Part shown: positions 26,801-39,306 of the stretch, one piece after another
Layout: each line of letters begins with the position of its first letter
Numbering within the stretch: the first letter of the stretch is position 1
NCBI RefSeq assembly: GCF_006345805.1
Contig: NC_043001.1
Coordinates: forward strand, 122,016,001-122,080,000
Direction of reading: 5' to 3'
Origin: Octopus sinensis
Lineage: Eukaryota
DNA: 64,000 nt
Notes under the pieces: model-generated
Told to the model about the DNA's origin: nothing
The model's database searches: none
What the model saw: only the letters and a program-made list of their open reading frames with translations
Translations under genes and position numbers: made by a program

Positions 26801-27728
26801 AACATATCAATGGAAATAGTGGCGCATGCTATAATCGAAGGTGTATAAGTTTGAGTTTTTATGTTATTGTTTTGTGTAGTCAGAGAAGCCTTTTGTTAAG
26901 GCAGTGATTTATTCAGCTTTTGACTTTCAATTAAACTATTTCCATGAATTTTGTATTCAGAAAAAGAATTTGGCAACAAATTAATATGATTATATTATGA
27001 AATTTTAGAAATTAGTGTTTTTTTTAAAGGTCTTTTAAAGGCAGCTCATGCATCAAATAAAATTTCTTTTACAGTTGTATCACCAACATTTATGGGAAAA
27101 TGGAATAGATTTTTTTTAGGGTTTCATTCACCAAAATTGCACTTAAATTATTTTGTACCCCACTCTCACCAATGTTATATGATCTTTTAAACTCAGAAGC
27201 AATGTTTAATGATTGATATATGAACTTTCAAGGGAAGAATGACCCACCCCTTTAAGGAAACTGTTACTTTATTTATTATTATTATTGTTATTATAAGGCC
27301 TGAAATCTAGGGAGAAGGTGGAAGTCAATTACATTGAGATTAAGTACTCAACTGGTACTTAATTTATCAATCCTGAAAGAAACCTGCTGTGCATACATAT
27401 CTATATCTGAGTGCATGTATGTGTACCCTTGTCTTGATATCACGTGATGGTTGAAAATGCACTCAACTCCTCATGCAAGTGATGTTTGTTTCTAGTCTTC
27501 CATGCTAACTTCCATGCTAAAATATTACTTTGTTTGGAAGTAGATGATGGGTTGGTGACAGCAAAAAATTCCATCTGACCTATGCAAGTCTGGAAACGTG
27601 GATGTTAAATAATAATGATAATGGAGGAAAATTTGCTCTTCATCCTTCTGATTTTTATTAAAACAAGCACCAGACATGCAAAGGGTTTGATTTAACCACC
27701 TGATAACTTCTCCAGGTATGTGATCTTG

Positions 27729-27962
27729 ATAAGGCAGCGAGCTGGTAGAATCGTTAGCATGCCGGGCGAAATGTTAAGCGGTATTTCGTCTGCCTCTACG
27801 TTCTGAGTTCAAATTCCGCCGAGGTCGACTTTGCCTTTCATCCTTTCGGGGTCGATTAAATAAGTACCAGTTATGCACTGGGGTTGATATAATCGACTTA
27901 ATCCGTTTGTCTGTCCTTGTTTGTCCCCTCTATGTTTAGCCCCTTGTGGGTAGTAAAGAAAT
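27729..27962 (+). mobile_element. SINE family A, full-length long-tail copy
   Basis: 15-bp TSD AGGTATGTGATCTTG at 27714-27728 and 27963-27977. Confidence 0.93.
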
Positions 27963-28729
27963 AGGTATGTGATCTTGTGTAAATGTAAGAAAACATGCCA
28001 ACAGTCAAATTAATGAGTTGGCTTTGTGAGGTTCAGGGGTATAGATGGAGAATTTAATTGTTAGAGGTTCTAATTGAGAATGGTAATTGAGATACACCAG
28101 TTCCTTAATTATTTTCCTGTTTTCATTTGAAATTTTAGGTTTGATAAAACTGATTCAACTTATAGCGGGAGAAGAAATTTACCACACTCCCGCCAAAAAA
28201 AATTACTATGAAAAGAGAACTAACATGATGAATAATAAAAATATGGTTTCATTAAAAGAAAAGGAAAATAATTAGAATTTGAATCAAATTCAATTTTAGT
28301 TTGTTTAGAAAAAAAGTTAGTTTTGTGTCTATGAAATTTTAAATAAAAAGACAAATTTTTAAAAATATTTTATTCAAATGAAACAAAATCTTTAGAAATC
28401 GCTTCTCTCTTAAGGCATCATATCAGTCAACCATAAACATACTTAGTCTCACGTCATGGCTCATTAAAGACCTGTTTACTGATCTGTAAAATATGTCATG
28501 TATCATTTCACAGTATAGGAGTTGGGGTTTTACTATGTAGTCTCTTGATTTGTTAATGATAGCAGCCAAATTTCCCCTCCTATCACCCTCAATCATTTTA
28601 AGAAAAATAGACCTGCATTCTGGATAAGGTAGTCTTGTATGCATTATTATACCTTAAATTAAGAAAGGATAATCTTTTTATGAGTGTCTTTCAGTATAGA
28701 ACCACACAAAGGTAACCTGTACTTTTCGA

Positions 28730-28919
28730 ATTTACATATCTCTCCTATCTTTCTCTTCCCTACATCTTTCCCTCTCCTTTTCTCTGCTTCTTTTGTTCCA
28801 TACCTCTCTGTGTATCTCTCTATCTCTCTCTATATTTCTCTGTCTCTCTCTGCATTTCCCCATCTCTCTCGGCATCTCCCCCTGCATCTCCCCTGTCTCT
28901 CTTTCTGCATCACCTCGTC

Positions 28920-28956
<37 letters not shown>

Positions 28957-29508
28957 GTATCTCCCCGTCTCTCTCTCCCTCTCTCTTTGTATCTCTCTGT
29001 CTGTCTGTCTGTCTCTCTCTGTTTCTCTCTTTCTCTGTACCTGCACGTCCCCCTCTCTCTCTCTTTGTATCTCTCTGTCTGTCTGTCTCTCTCTGTATCT
29101 CTCTTTCTCTGTATCTCTCCGTCTCTCTCTCTCTGTATCTCTCTCTGTGTATCTCTCCTTCTCTCTCTCTCTGTATCTCTCCATCTCTCTGTATCTCTTA
29201 GTCTCTCTCCCTCTCTGTATCTCTCTGTCTCTCCCCCTTTCTCTCTCTCTCCTTTCCCCCTCTCTCATTCTTCCTCTCTCTCCTCTCTCTCCCCCTCTCT
29301 CTCCTCCCTCTCCCCCTCTCTCCTCCCTCTCCCCCTCTCTCTTTCTCTCTCTTCCCCTCTCCCTGTTTCTCTCCTATGAGAAGCTAATCAGTTCTTAATT
29401 TTCACTGTTGAATCTCAATCTAATATCACCTCAAACAATCACCTCACCTCTCCACACAAATACAATGTTTGCACTAACACATTCACTGTAACAGACATAC
29501 CTACTTAT

Positions 29509-29549
<41 letters not shown>

Positions 29550-29550
29550 C

Positions 29551-29583
<33 letters not shown>

Positions 29584-29597
29584 CCCTCTCTCTCTCT

Positions 29598-29645
<48 letters not shown>
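28730..29645. repeat. Degenerate (CT)n/(CTGT)n polypyrimidine tract
   Basis: Direct reading; it explains the Leu/Ser and Arg/Glu ORFs. Confidence 0.95.
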
Positions 29646-29650
<5 letters not shown>

Positions 29651-30089
29651 CCACACCCACCATAATTAAGACAGAAGTGACAAGCTGGTCTACTTTCTTC
29701 CCTTATGGCAGCAGGCCAGACTTTAACAGTTCTTTGTCTATTCTAGTCTTCAATGCCTCTGCCTTCCCACCATCAGGCTTTCCTGCATCATCATTGTTCT
29801 CTTTCCTATCTACATCATTTATTCTTTACAATTCTTCACCCATGACCCTCCAGCATATTCACCTCCCCGCCACCATAATCTTTCTACTCCAGTTTTGCAT
29901 CAAATTATTAAATATAGCCACCCGCTTCAACCACCTTTAACTCTTTCCATACCAATCAAACTGAGACCTGGCCGTACTTAAGTGTTCATATTTTAATTAA
30001 AATCTCAATCAAAATCTCATAACATGAAAATTCATTTGGTTAACATCAACATAGAAATCATTATTAAATGGACATTTGAAAAGATTATC

Positions 30090-30570
30090 GTACCTCTGCC
30101 TTAGCGAAGGCGGAGGTATTATTTTCAGTCATGTTCATTTGTTTGTTTGTTAGTTAGTTAGTTAGTTAGTTAATTTGGCTCAAAAGCAAATAGCAAGGCC
30201 ATGTAGGGGGACATGGAGTTAAGTACAGGGTGGTGTTCATGTAAAGAGTTCAGGCCACTTGAGGTCAAGGGAGGCATTGAACAAAGCGGTTTGTTTACCC
30301 ATGGACAAGATATCTCAAGAATCACTGGATGGATTCAGATGCAACTTTCAGGGATGTTTGGCCTCATGACTGGCACAAACTGATTAGATTTTGGGATTGA
30401 TCGGGTACCCGATAAGGATTCTGGATTATTTGTTATATTTACTTTACATGAAGTATTACGATCTTATGTTAACTTTCAAATCGTTCTCTGATTATCTCCC
30501 TTGAAAGCATGCTCATGGTTTCCATGTAAGTTATGGTAGCGTTCATTTCGTTTATGTCTTTCAAATTGTT
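30090..30570 (+). mobile_element. Helentron/DINE-like non-autonomous element (HINE-type)
   Basis: Subterminal hairpin TACCTCTGCC/GGCGGAGGTA (30091-30118), (GTTT/GTTA)n tract, and a GATATCTCAAG...GGATGGATT block typical of DINE/HINE elements. Confidence 0.55.
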
Positions 30571-30900
30571 CTATGTCAGTTTTGATGGTGCAATGCCATG
30601 CTGTTTTGTCTTGTGTGTGTTGCTCCCAGGATTTAGGGGGTCAATGTTAGTGCTTTTCATTCTCCGTTTCAGTTGGTTTTTGTAACATAGCATGGGATGC
30701 TCATATATTTTCTTTCTAGTGCTGAGTTCGCTGCAGAGAATTTGATGTAGCAGTCTGGTGCCCTTCATGCAGTGGGCATGACCTGCTCGTCTGAGGCAAT
30801 GTTTGGGGATGACAGCCTCAGTGTTGTTGACTTTGGCCCATTCAAGGACTGCAAGGTTGCTTGACATGGTTATCCCATTTGATGTTCATAATTGATCAGT
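30560..30900 (-). mobile_element. Degenerate RTE-clade LINE RT C-terminal fragment
   Basis: LRRAGHAHCMKGTRLLHQILCSELS...YKNQLKR resembles the RTE consensus LRWAGHV.RM...RLP.QILYGEL...RYKDQLK. Confidence 0.75.
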
Positions 30901-31060
30901 TTTTGTTGGGGGAATTTTAGGAAATCAAAGACTGCGAGATCTAGAGTTTATGAAGTTTATTGAAGGTTTTGTTTAGGAATAGATACTATTGTGTTTTGTA
31001 TTTCTCTGATATGTGTTAATACATGTATTAGAACTACTGAAACATCATTGTCGTCATCAT

Positions 31061-31289
31061 TTAACCCTTTCGTTACCAACCCGGCTGAAACTGGCTCTGG
31101 CTCTGAGTACAAATGTCTTGTTTTCATAAGTTTTGAATTAAAATCTTCCACCAAACCTTAGTCACAATTTATGTTCCTGACACTAGCTTAATGATAACTA
31201 AGTTATTTTACTAAATTCTTTGTTATATTTAAAATTAATTGAAAGAAACACTGAGTATCTCAAAATAAATACAGTAACGAAAGAGTTAA
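31061..31289. mobile_element. piggyBac-like MITE inserted into the TTAA of a family C tail
   Basis: TTAA duplicated. Removing the element restores CATCAT-TTAA-TGTCTGCTTTCCATGC as at 40660-40685. Another copy lies at 16861-17094. Confidence 0.88.
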
Positions 31290-31559
31290 TGTCTGCTTTC
31301 CATGCTGGAATGTGTTGGATGGCTTGACAAGAGCTGGTAAGACTGGAAGCCGCACCAAGCTCCATTTCTGTTTTGGCAGGTTTTCTTTGGCTAACCCTAA
31401 CTCTTTCTAATCACAACCACTGTATTGAATGTACTGAGTGCTTTTTATGTGGTATCAGCACTAGTGCTAGGATATTTTCATTGTCTTTGTTGATTGATTC
31501 ACATGTGTGTTTCACTGGGATTTACAATATGTTGGCTGTTTATGCAAAAGTGGAAGAGT

Positions 31560-31790
31560 GTACAAAAGCCCTGCTGCATATCAGATAAAAGGATATGGAT
31601 TATAGAGGGTCTCACCGACATATTGTATTGAAGTAGTCTAGTAGAGACCTTCTAATCCCAGAGGTGGGTGGGTTCTACATGTGAGCAACTTGGTTTGAAG
31701 CTTCTCATAATGAATATGGTCAAAGGCTTTGCAGATGTCAAGTGTAATAACATTGCTTTTGATAAAGTTCTCAAAAGCTAGAAACCACTA
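31560..31790 (-). mobile_element. Degenerate non-LTR RT fragment (CR1/Jockey-like)
   Basis: Minus strand reads VITLDICKAFDHIHYEKLQTKL, the RT motif LD.SKAFD.V.H..LL.KL. Confidence 0.7.
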
Positions 31791-33589
31791 GTGTGTAATT
31801 TCCTGTGGAGACAGAAATTTCAATAATTTGGTTGTCAGACATAAACTCTCCCTTTCTGTTCATTCTTTTCTCTTTCTCCATTAACTTCTCTCCCCATTGA
31901 TCTTTCTCTCTTTCTCCCTCCAGTTTTAATGTCAAAATTAATTTAGAGACAACCCAAATTAGAATTAGCATGTTTTACACATTCATACTTTGTTTCCTCA
32001 GTCTATACTAATGAGAATGTTATTTGAAATTAATTTTATTAAATCAAAATAAAGAAAAAAGTCTTCATGAACTAAAATAAAATTTGCAAATTTGAATCAA
32101 AATCAAAGTAATAATTATAGCAGTGGTGGTGGTGGTGGTAATGAAATCTAGAATTTGGGGGAAGAGTATAGCGAATTATATTGGTCCCAGAATTTCACTG
32201 GTACTTTAGTTTCGTCATTATCAAACGTCCATTTTTCCATGCTGGTACGAGTTGGATGGTTTGACAGGAGCTGGAAAGCCAGATAGCTGCACTAAGCTCT
32301 AATAGTCTGCTATGGCAGGGTTTCAACACCTGGATGTCTTTCCTAATGCCAACCACTTTACAGAGTGTACTGGGTGCTTTTTATGTGGCATCAGCACAGA
32401 TACTTTTTAGTGTCAAATTTTGGCACAAGGCCACCAATTTTGAGACGAAGGGGAAATTATTTACAATGAACCCAATGCTCAGCTGGTACCTTTTTTTATT
32501 GACCCTGAAAGGAAAAGTCAACCTCAGTGGAATTTGAACTTTGTGATCGAGACCTTTGGTGATGTGCTGTGCTTCAGAGGACCCGTCAAGCCGAGTGAAA
32601 TCATAGTCATGGTAACTGTCACCCATGCTACTGATGCATAAAGAACACCTTTCAAGCATTGGGCGTCCTGGAGGTAAAGTGGCTGAGTTCCTTTTGAGCG
32701 TTGGGCCTCATGGAAGCCAAGTGACTGAGTTCCTTTCCAGTATTGGGCCTCATGGAGGCAATGACCGAGACCTTTGGCATTATGTTGTGCTTGAGAAGAC
32801 CAATCAAGCCAAGCAAATTTGCATCATGGCAGATACTGGTGTCATGCAAATGGCATTCATACCAGTGGCATGTAAAAGCACTCCGGTATCATGTCAATGG
32901 CACCTGTACCAGTGACATATAAAAGCACCTGTTACACACTCGGAGTGATTTGTGCTAGGAAGGGTATCCAGCCATAGAAAACCATTCCAAATCAGACTGG
33001 AGTACGGTACAGCCTTCCAGTGTGCCAGCTTGGTCAAACCGTCCAACCCATGCCAGCGTTGACAATGGGCGTTAAATGATGATGAATGTAAAGTGCCAAA
33101 AGAAACATAACATAAACACTTTGTCCAATGCATAAATGGTTCTGTTAGCACTTTACCATAATAATAATAATAATAATAATAAAGATAATAATTATGTAAA
33201 ACTGAAGTTTGATTAAAATTGTAGTTTTAATACCAATTATGAAAGGTTTTTATTTATTTGCAACAGTTATTTTGATATTTTTTACATTTTTTAAAATCCA
33301 TAATATTCCAGTTGCTAATTTTAAGAGAATATATTCCCCCCCCCCCAAAAAAAAAACTAATGGTAATGATATTGCTGTTTAATATCAGGTCAGCCATGAA
33401 CAATGCGATATATAACCAAATGTGTGCTACCCTATGATCAGCTCATTTCATTCCCGTTTGCATTTATTATTATTTTTTTTTTTTTGCAAGTTTATACGTC
33501 CTTTTATTTAAGCTGGTAGAGTGTGACATAAGAGATTTGGCTACTATTTCTAGCTGATCCAGTAACTACATTGAGGCTTACTTGTTGGG

Positions 33590-33845
33590 TTTGTTGGTTA
33601 TACTGTTGAAAGTGATGATGTTTGTGATGATGGTTTCGATGTTTTTGCGGATGATGGTGAAGTTGGTGGAGAAGCTGGTGATGATGGTAGTTATAATGAT
33701 GGTGAAGTTTGTGATGATGATGATGATAATGGTGGTGACATGATGACTGGTGATTATGATGATGGTAGTGGTGATACTGATGTTTATGATGAGAATAATT
33801 TGTATAATAATAATAATAATGATCATAATAATAACAATGATAATG
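33590..33845. repeat. Degenerate (GAT/GGT/AAT)n trinucleotide tract
   Basis: Direct reading. Confidence 0.9.
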
Positions 33846-34642
33846 TTTTCTTTATTGGCTACAAGGGTCAAACACAACACAATACAACACAAGGGGCAAG
33901 TGGGGTTTAGTACAATGTTGTATAAAAAAAATAATTAACAATAACAATTAATAAAATCAAACCATAAAACTCCCCCAAAAGGGTAAGTTTATCCCAGAGG
34001 GATAACCAAGGAACCCCACACATCCTGGTTACCCTGATTGCCAAGTGCACCTTGGTTTCAAATTTTGGCACAAGGCCAGCAGTTGAGAGGTGGGAGGAGT
34101 TAAGTCAATTAGATCAACCCCAGTGTTTTAACTGGTACTCATTTTATCAACCCCAAGAGGATGAAAGGCAAAGTCGACCTCAGTGGAATTCGAACTCAGA
34201 GCATAAAGACACCCCAAATGCCTCTAAGAAATTTTGTTTGGCATGCTAAGGATTCTACTAGCTCATAATAATAATAATAATGATAATAATGATATTATTA
34301 TTATTATTATTATTATTATTATCCTGTCTATTAAAAGCACAAGGCCTGACATTTTGTGCGAGGGGACTAGTTGATTACATCAGCCCTCCAGTTTTTCACT
34401 GATGCTTAATTTATCGACCCTGAAAGGATGAAAGATAGCCAACCTTGGCAGAATTTGAACTCAGAGCATAAAGATGGGTGAAATGCTACTAAGCATTTTT
34501 CCTGGCATGCTAACTACTCCGCCAGCTCATCGCCATAATAATAATAATAATAATGGTTATCATAATGCTAATTCCTTGATAACAAAGTAATTTTTACATT
34601 AATTTTATAATTAATCTAAATGCATTTTTGTTGTTTTTACAG

Positions 34643-34803
34643 ACACTGCTGTTTTGGACTGGAGTATTTGTCGGATGGGCTGTTATTATCCAGCTGTTGA
34701 TGTTTTTATACATCTGTTGCATTTGTTGCAAGAAGAAAAAGAAGAAGCATCGGGAAGTAAAGTGTATACGATGTTTCATGGCAATTTTCATATTTGTTTG
34801 CGC
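34643..34803 (+). CDS. TTYH: Tweety homolog, first recognisable coding exon (TM1, CCICC-K6 loop, start of TM2); phase 0 to 2
   Basis: Acceptor ttgtttttacAG at 34641-42, donor GTAAGT at 34804. Translates TLLFWTGVFVGWAVIIQLLMFLYICCICCKKKKKKHREVKCIRCFMAIFIFVC; splices in frame to the next exon. Confidence 0.9.
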
Positions 34804-36597
34804 GTAAGTTGTTCATTTTCCCTGTTCTTCTTTGTAACTTACTTCCCAAAATAGAAGATAAATTGTTGGTTTAAAAATTTTCCCTTATTTTATTTTGTTG
34901 TCTGGGGAAAGTCATTTTCTTTTTGTGCCTTATAATATAACACACTCACCGGTAAAATTTCCACTTTTTTCTTATTTTTATTTTTATTTTTAATCATTTT
35001 TATTTATATTTATTTATTTATTTATCTTTTGAGTCCTAGGACTTTTAAAGTTGGTTGCTTGGTTTTCATGGTACATCAGTGAGACCTAGATTACAACATT
35101 CCTCCTGAATGGGATGCTGGTCTGTTGCAGGATTCAGGCCCAGCAATTTTGAGGGTTGTGCCAGTCCGGCTCCTGTGCCAGTAGCATGTATAAAGCACAA
35201 TCTGAACATGGTCGATGCCAGTGCCGCCTGACTGGCTCCCATGCCAGTGGCACATTAAAAGCATCCACTTCACTCTTGGAGTGGTTGGCGTTAGGAGAGG
35301 CATCCAGCTGTAGAAACCATGCCAGATCAGATTGGAGCCTGGTGCAGCCTACTGGCTTGCCAGTCCCCGGTCAAACCGTCCAACCCATGCCAGTATGGAA
35401 AATGTATTGATGATGATGATAAGTCCATAACATTGACCTCCTCTCTTAAGTACTCAACTGATACTTTATTTTATCAGCTCCAAAGGAAGGAAAGGCAAAA
35501 TTGACCTTGGCAGGATTTGAACACAGAATGTAAAGCACCAAAAGAAATACCATTAAGCAATTTTGTCTAGCATTTCCGCCAACTCACTGTCTTACAATGC
35601 CAGGTTACAATTAATCAGAAAGACGGGCGTTATCTATCATCATAAAACTAATGGATATGAGAACACAAAATTTTGAAAATATATTTATATTTCTTAAATA
35701 CCTTTCTCCTTGTCAGGAATGGAAATTTTTAGATATTCATTTTTTATTTTGTCTTCTCTATCTAGAAAAATAATTTCCAGAAGCCAAAATATAAATTCCT
35801 TGTACATTCATTAAATTCTTTGTTTTTGACTGAAGGCTCTACTATGGATTACCAGAAATTTGTTGCAATATTTTCCCAAATATTAAAGGGCCAACAGTTT
35901 TTGCAGATTTTATTCTTTTGATTTCAATCTTTGTTTCAGTTTTGAATACATTCAAGTATGTAATAAAATAACCTTGTTGTTATTAAGCTGGTGTTAGGAA
36001 CGTATTGTCATGGAATTTTGATTGGAAGTTTTAATTTAGATAACTTTAAGACATATTTGTCTTGGTTAGGTTACTATTAAGAGTTAATCAGAGGAGGAAC
36101 AGTGGCACCTTTGATCTCTCGTAGGTCTTTTAAGACTGGTAGGAAAAAGGGAGAGACAAAAACGAAACCATAACATCTGGGTTCTTGTGAGACAGAGAGC
36201 AAGCAATGCGTCAGAGTATCAAGTTATTCATATACTAGAGGACTGGTCTCATTTTCTGGAAGAGAATACATGCCCCTTACTCAAGTGTGTTAAACCTGGC
36301 ACTGGATTAAGTCTACCATACAAGAACTTGTACAGTTCGTCCAATGTATGCATCCACATAATTTTAGTTTACCTAGTTTCATTTACAAGGTTTGAGTTGG
36401 CCTCTGGCTATGGTAGAAGACACTTGCCCAAAGAGCAAAGGGAAGGATCATGCTTTGATTTACAAACTGCCAAAGAAACTTCTTAACTGTTGTGTTAAAT
36501 ATTAAGTCTTAATCTTCCCATGGATAATATAATTACTGGTCTTTCTCCATGATATTTCGATTTGTAGCAGTAAGTTGATGCATCATTTGTGAATTCT

Positions 36598-36828
36598 TAT
36601 TTCTTTATTGCCCACAAGGGGCTAAACATAAAGGGGACAAACAAGGATAGATAAAGGTATTAAGTCGATTACATTGACCCCAGTGCGTAACTAATACTTA
36701 ATTTATCTACCCTGAAAGGATGAAAGGCAAAGTCGACCTCGGTGGAATTTGAACTCAGAACGTAAAGACAGACGAAATACTGCAAAGCATTTCACTCAGC
36801 ATGCTAACGTTTCTGCCAGTTCACCACC
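36598..36828 (-). mobile_element. SINE family A, long-tail copy
   Basis: 12-bp TSD TTTGTGAATTCT at 36586-36597 and 36829-36840. Further family A copies at approx. 4243-4400, 15432-15588, 23322-23545, 34055-34265, 34330-34535, 43040-43170, 46960-47060. Confidence 0.92.
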
Positions 36829-37340
36829 TTTGTGAATTCTGCAACACTGTTACTACTTATAACACATATGGTACTTTGTTAAAGCCACACAGATTTCGGT
36901 GTCATAGTCCTGCTACAAACTGCTTATCTCTTGTGTAGTGGTTCAGAGCCTTGTCATTCTAGATATTATTATTCTTACTCACCATTCAAGCGTGATTGTT
37001 ACCAGCGTCGCCTTACTGGCAGTGAATAAACATTTGAGCGAGGGAGGTCGTTGTCAGTGCCGCTGGACGGGCTCCTGTGCAAGTGGCCTGTGAAAAACAC
37101 CATTTAAGCATGGCCATTGCCAGTACCGCCTGACTAGCCCTTATGCCAGTGGCACATAAAAGCACCCACTACACTCTCGGAGTGGTTGGCGTTAAGAAGA
37201 GCATCCAGCTGCTTTTCATCTGCACCTCTTTTAAATAAGACTTATTCTTTTATATTGTTAAAATAATTGTTTTTCAAAGACCCCATTTGTATTCTCTCTT
37301 CCCAAATGATTAATCAAATTCTACTTTTTCTCGTTTCCAG

Positions 37341-37452
37341 GGGTTCTCTTGCTGTTGGTTTCTATGGTAATGAAGAGACAAACCGAGGAATGACTAAATT
37401 CATAACCCACTTAAAATCCACAACTGGTACAATCCGTGGCTCCCTATCTACA
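37341..37452 (+). CDS. TTYH: Tweety homolog exon (end of TM2, GFYGNEET motif); phase 2 to 0
   Basis: tcgtttccAG acceptor, GTAAGT donor. (A)GSLAVGFYGNEETNRGMTKFITHLKSTTGTIRGSLST matches the tweety-family signature GFYGN(S/E)ET. Confidence 0.95.
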
Positions 37453-38807
37453 GTAAGTTGCCATTGCTCTCATCTTGTAATTTTAATTATCTTTTGTTTA
37501 ATGAATGACGTTGTCAGATGTGGTAGGACAGCAGCCATGGTCTTTGAGTTCCCACGAGTAAGGAAAGATAGGAAGAAACCATGATTTGTGAGTTGTTGTT
37601 GTAGAAAGCATTGCACCAAGTCTCTGAGTTACCCTCAAGTTGGGGACCTGGTCTGAATGCTTTCAACATAGTGGACTCTACTTAAAAGTAGTGGATTAAG
37701 ATTATCCTCCAAGTTGAAATGTTAAAAAAGAAATTTGTACAATAGGAATTAAAGTTGATTTGGAAAATGCCGTAATAGTGGGAAAAGAACTTGCTTAAGG
37801 ACTAAGTAGTATAAAGAATGGTGGCCAATGGGAAGAGGTGTTGACGTTTATGGATGCAATAGGAAAATGTATTGACTGTTGTGGGCATTGGATAGAGATG
37901 GGGATTATTGTGGGCCTAGTCCAGATGTGACAAAATTCACAGGCACATTTGATATATGTGGTGACTGTTATTTGTAAATTGGGTAAGAGGTGGCAATTGT
38001 TGTAGACACACTGGATAAAGTGGCACTGTTGTAGACATATAAGGTATGAATAAGTGTTGACAAGGACATTAGATGCAGAGTGCAATGTTCAGCTGTGCCT
38101 TTTACATATCTGATGATAGTTATAGGCAAATTGTTGATGTGTGATAATATAGTTGGGGTAGGCATTGGTAGAGGATTGGAATAATAGGTTAAACTTGTAT
38201 TGTTTGCAAAAGATCAAATGTCAAGGTGTACAATGTTGGTGATAATAACAGGTGTAGGAGGGTGATTAAATATTTGTAATGTCTAGATATCACTTGAGGT
38301 TCAGACTTGGTCGTCTCATCACAATGAACTGATTCTTCTTGCTTAGTCCATAGTATATTTGATCATTCATTATATTTACTCACTATTAAAGTGACAACAC
38401 AATATTTTCTCTTCTTCAATGAGAAATGAGTAAAAATCAAAATATTAGTTCAGTTTCTGTGAGGAACGAGATTCTACCAAACCTTTATAGACCATCAGGC
38501 AGTAAGGTATGATCAGAGGACAATTTGGTTGCTATTTCTAACAGATTAGGTGATCATATAAAAACACCTTTGTTGGCTCATCTGGTGAAATCTAAGACAT
38601 GCAACTAAAGTATTCATCTATAGCTTAAAACATGGAGAAAATTGTGTAGCATATACCTGAGATACCTGGAAATATGGAAACGGTAGAGACTATAGATGAG
38701 ACAAAAGCAAGTGCAAGATTAAGTAAAAGGAACAATGGTAGCATAACTATATTACTTTCAAATTGCTTAGCTTTAATCCTTCTTTTCCTTTGTATGTATA
38801 ATTTCAG

Positions 38808-39043
38808 ATTGATACAATAGACCAGTTATCAACCAGAATCACACATAATGTAGCTGAAGTGAAATATATCTTTCATAGCTCAATAAAGAACAAAACTGTA
38901 TCTCGTGATGCAATTGAGCTGATTGAGAAGTTTGTCTACAACACAAAACAAATGCGAGATTATTGCTCTTTCATCAGGCAACAAACAGAACATAATCGAC
39001 TGGATACAATATCTGCTCTTACTACATTAGTGGAACCCTACAG
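38808..39043 (+). CDS. TTYH: Tweety homolog exon (extracellular domain 1); phase 0 to 2
   Basis: atttcAG acceptor, GTAAGA donor. 236 nt open, IDTIDQLSTR...LTTLVEPY(R); the end matches the family E-x-Y-R-W motif across the splice. Confidence 0.92.
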
Positions 39044-39264
39044 GTAAGAACATGCTACTTCTGAGGCAGCCAAATAATGGTTTATTATATTCTTTGTTAG
39101 ATGCTTAAATAGTGACAGGAATTGTAGAATGATGCACTTAATTTATATAACTATTTATGACTTTGTCTAGAGGAAATGACACTGCTGTATCTGTGACCTT
39201 TACAGACCCTCCAAGATGGGTAATTGATATAGTTTGGTGTTCAGTTAGAAATAATTTTTTTCTA

Positions 39265-39306
<42 letters not shown>

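Noticed and set aside
28684-29646. Long ORFs of 71-231 aa (Leu/Ser, Arg/Glu)
   Set aside because: They are translations of CT/GA microsatellite.
37700-38340. Possible very old RT fragment on the minus strand (SFANNT, HINNLP)
   Set aside because: It is too degenerate to call without an HMM search.
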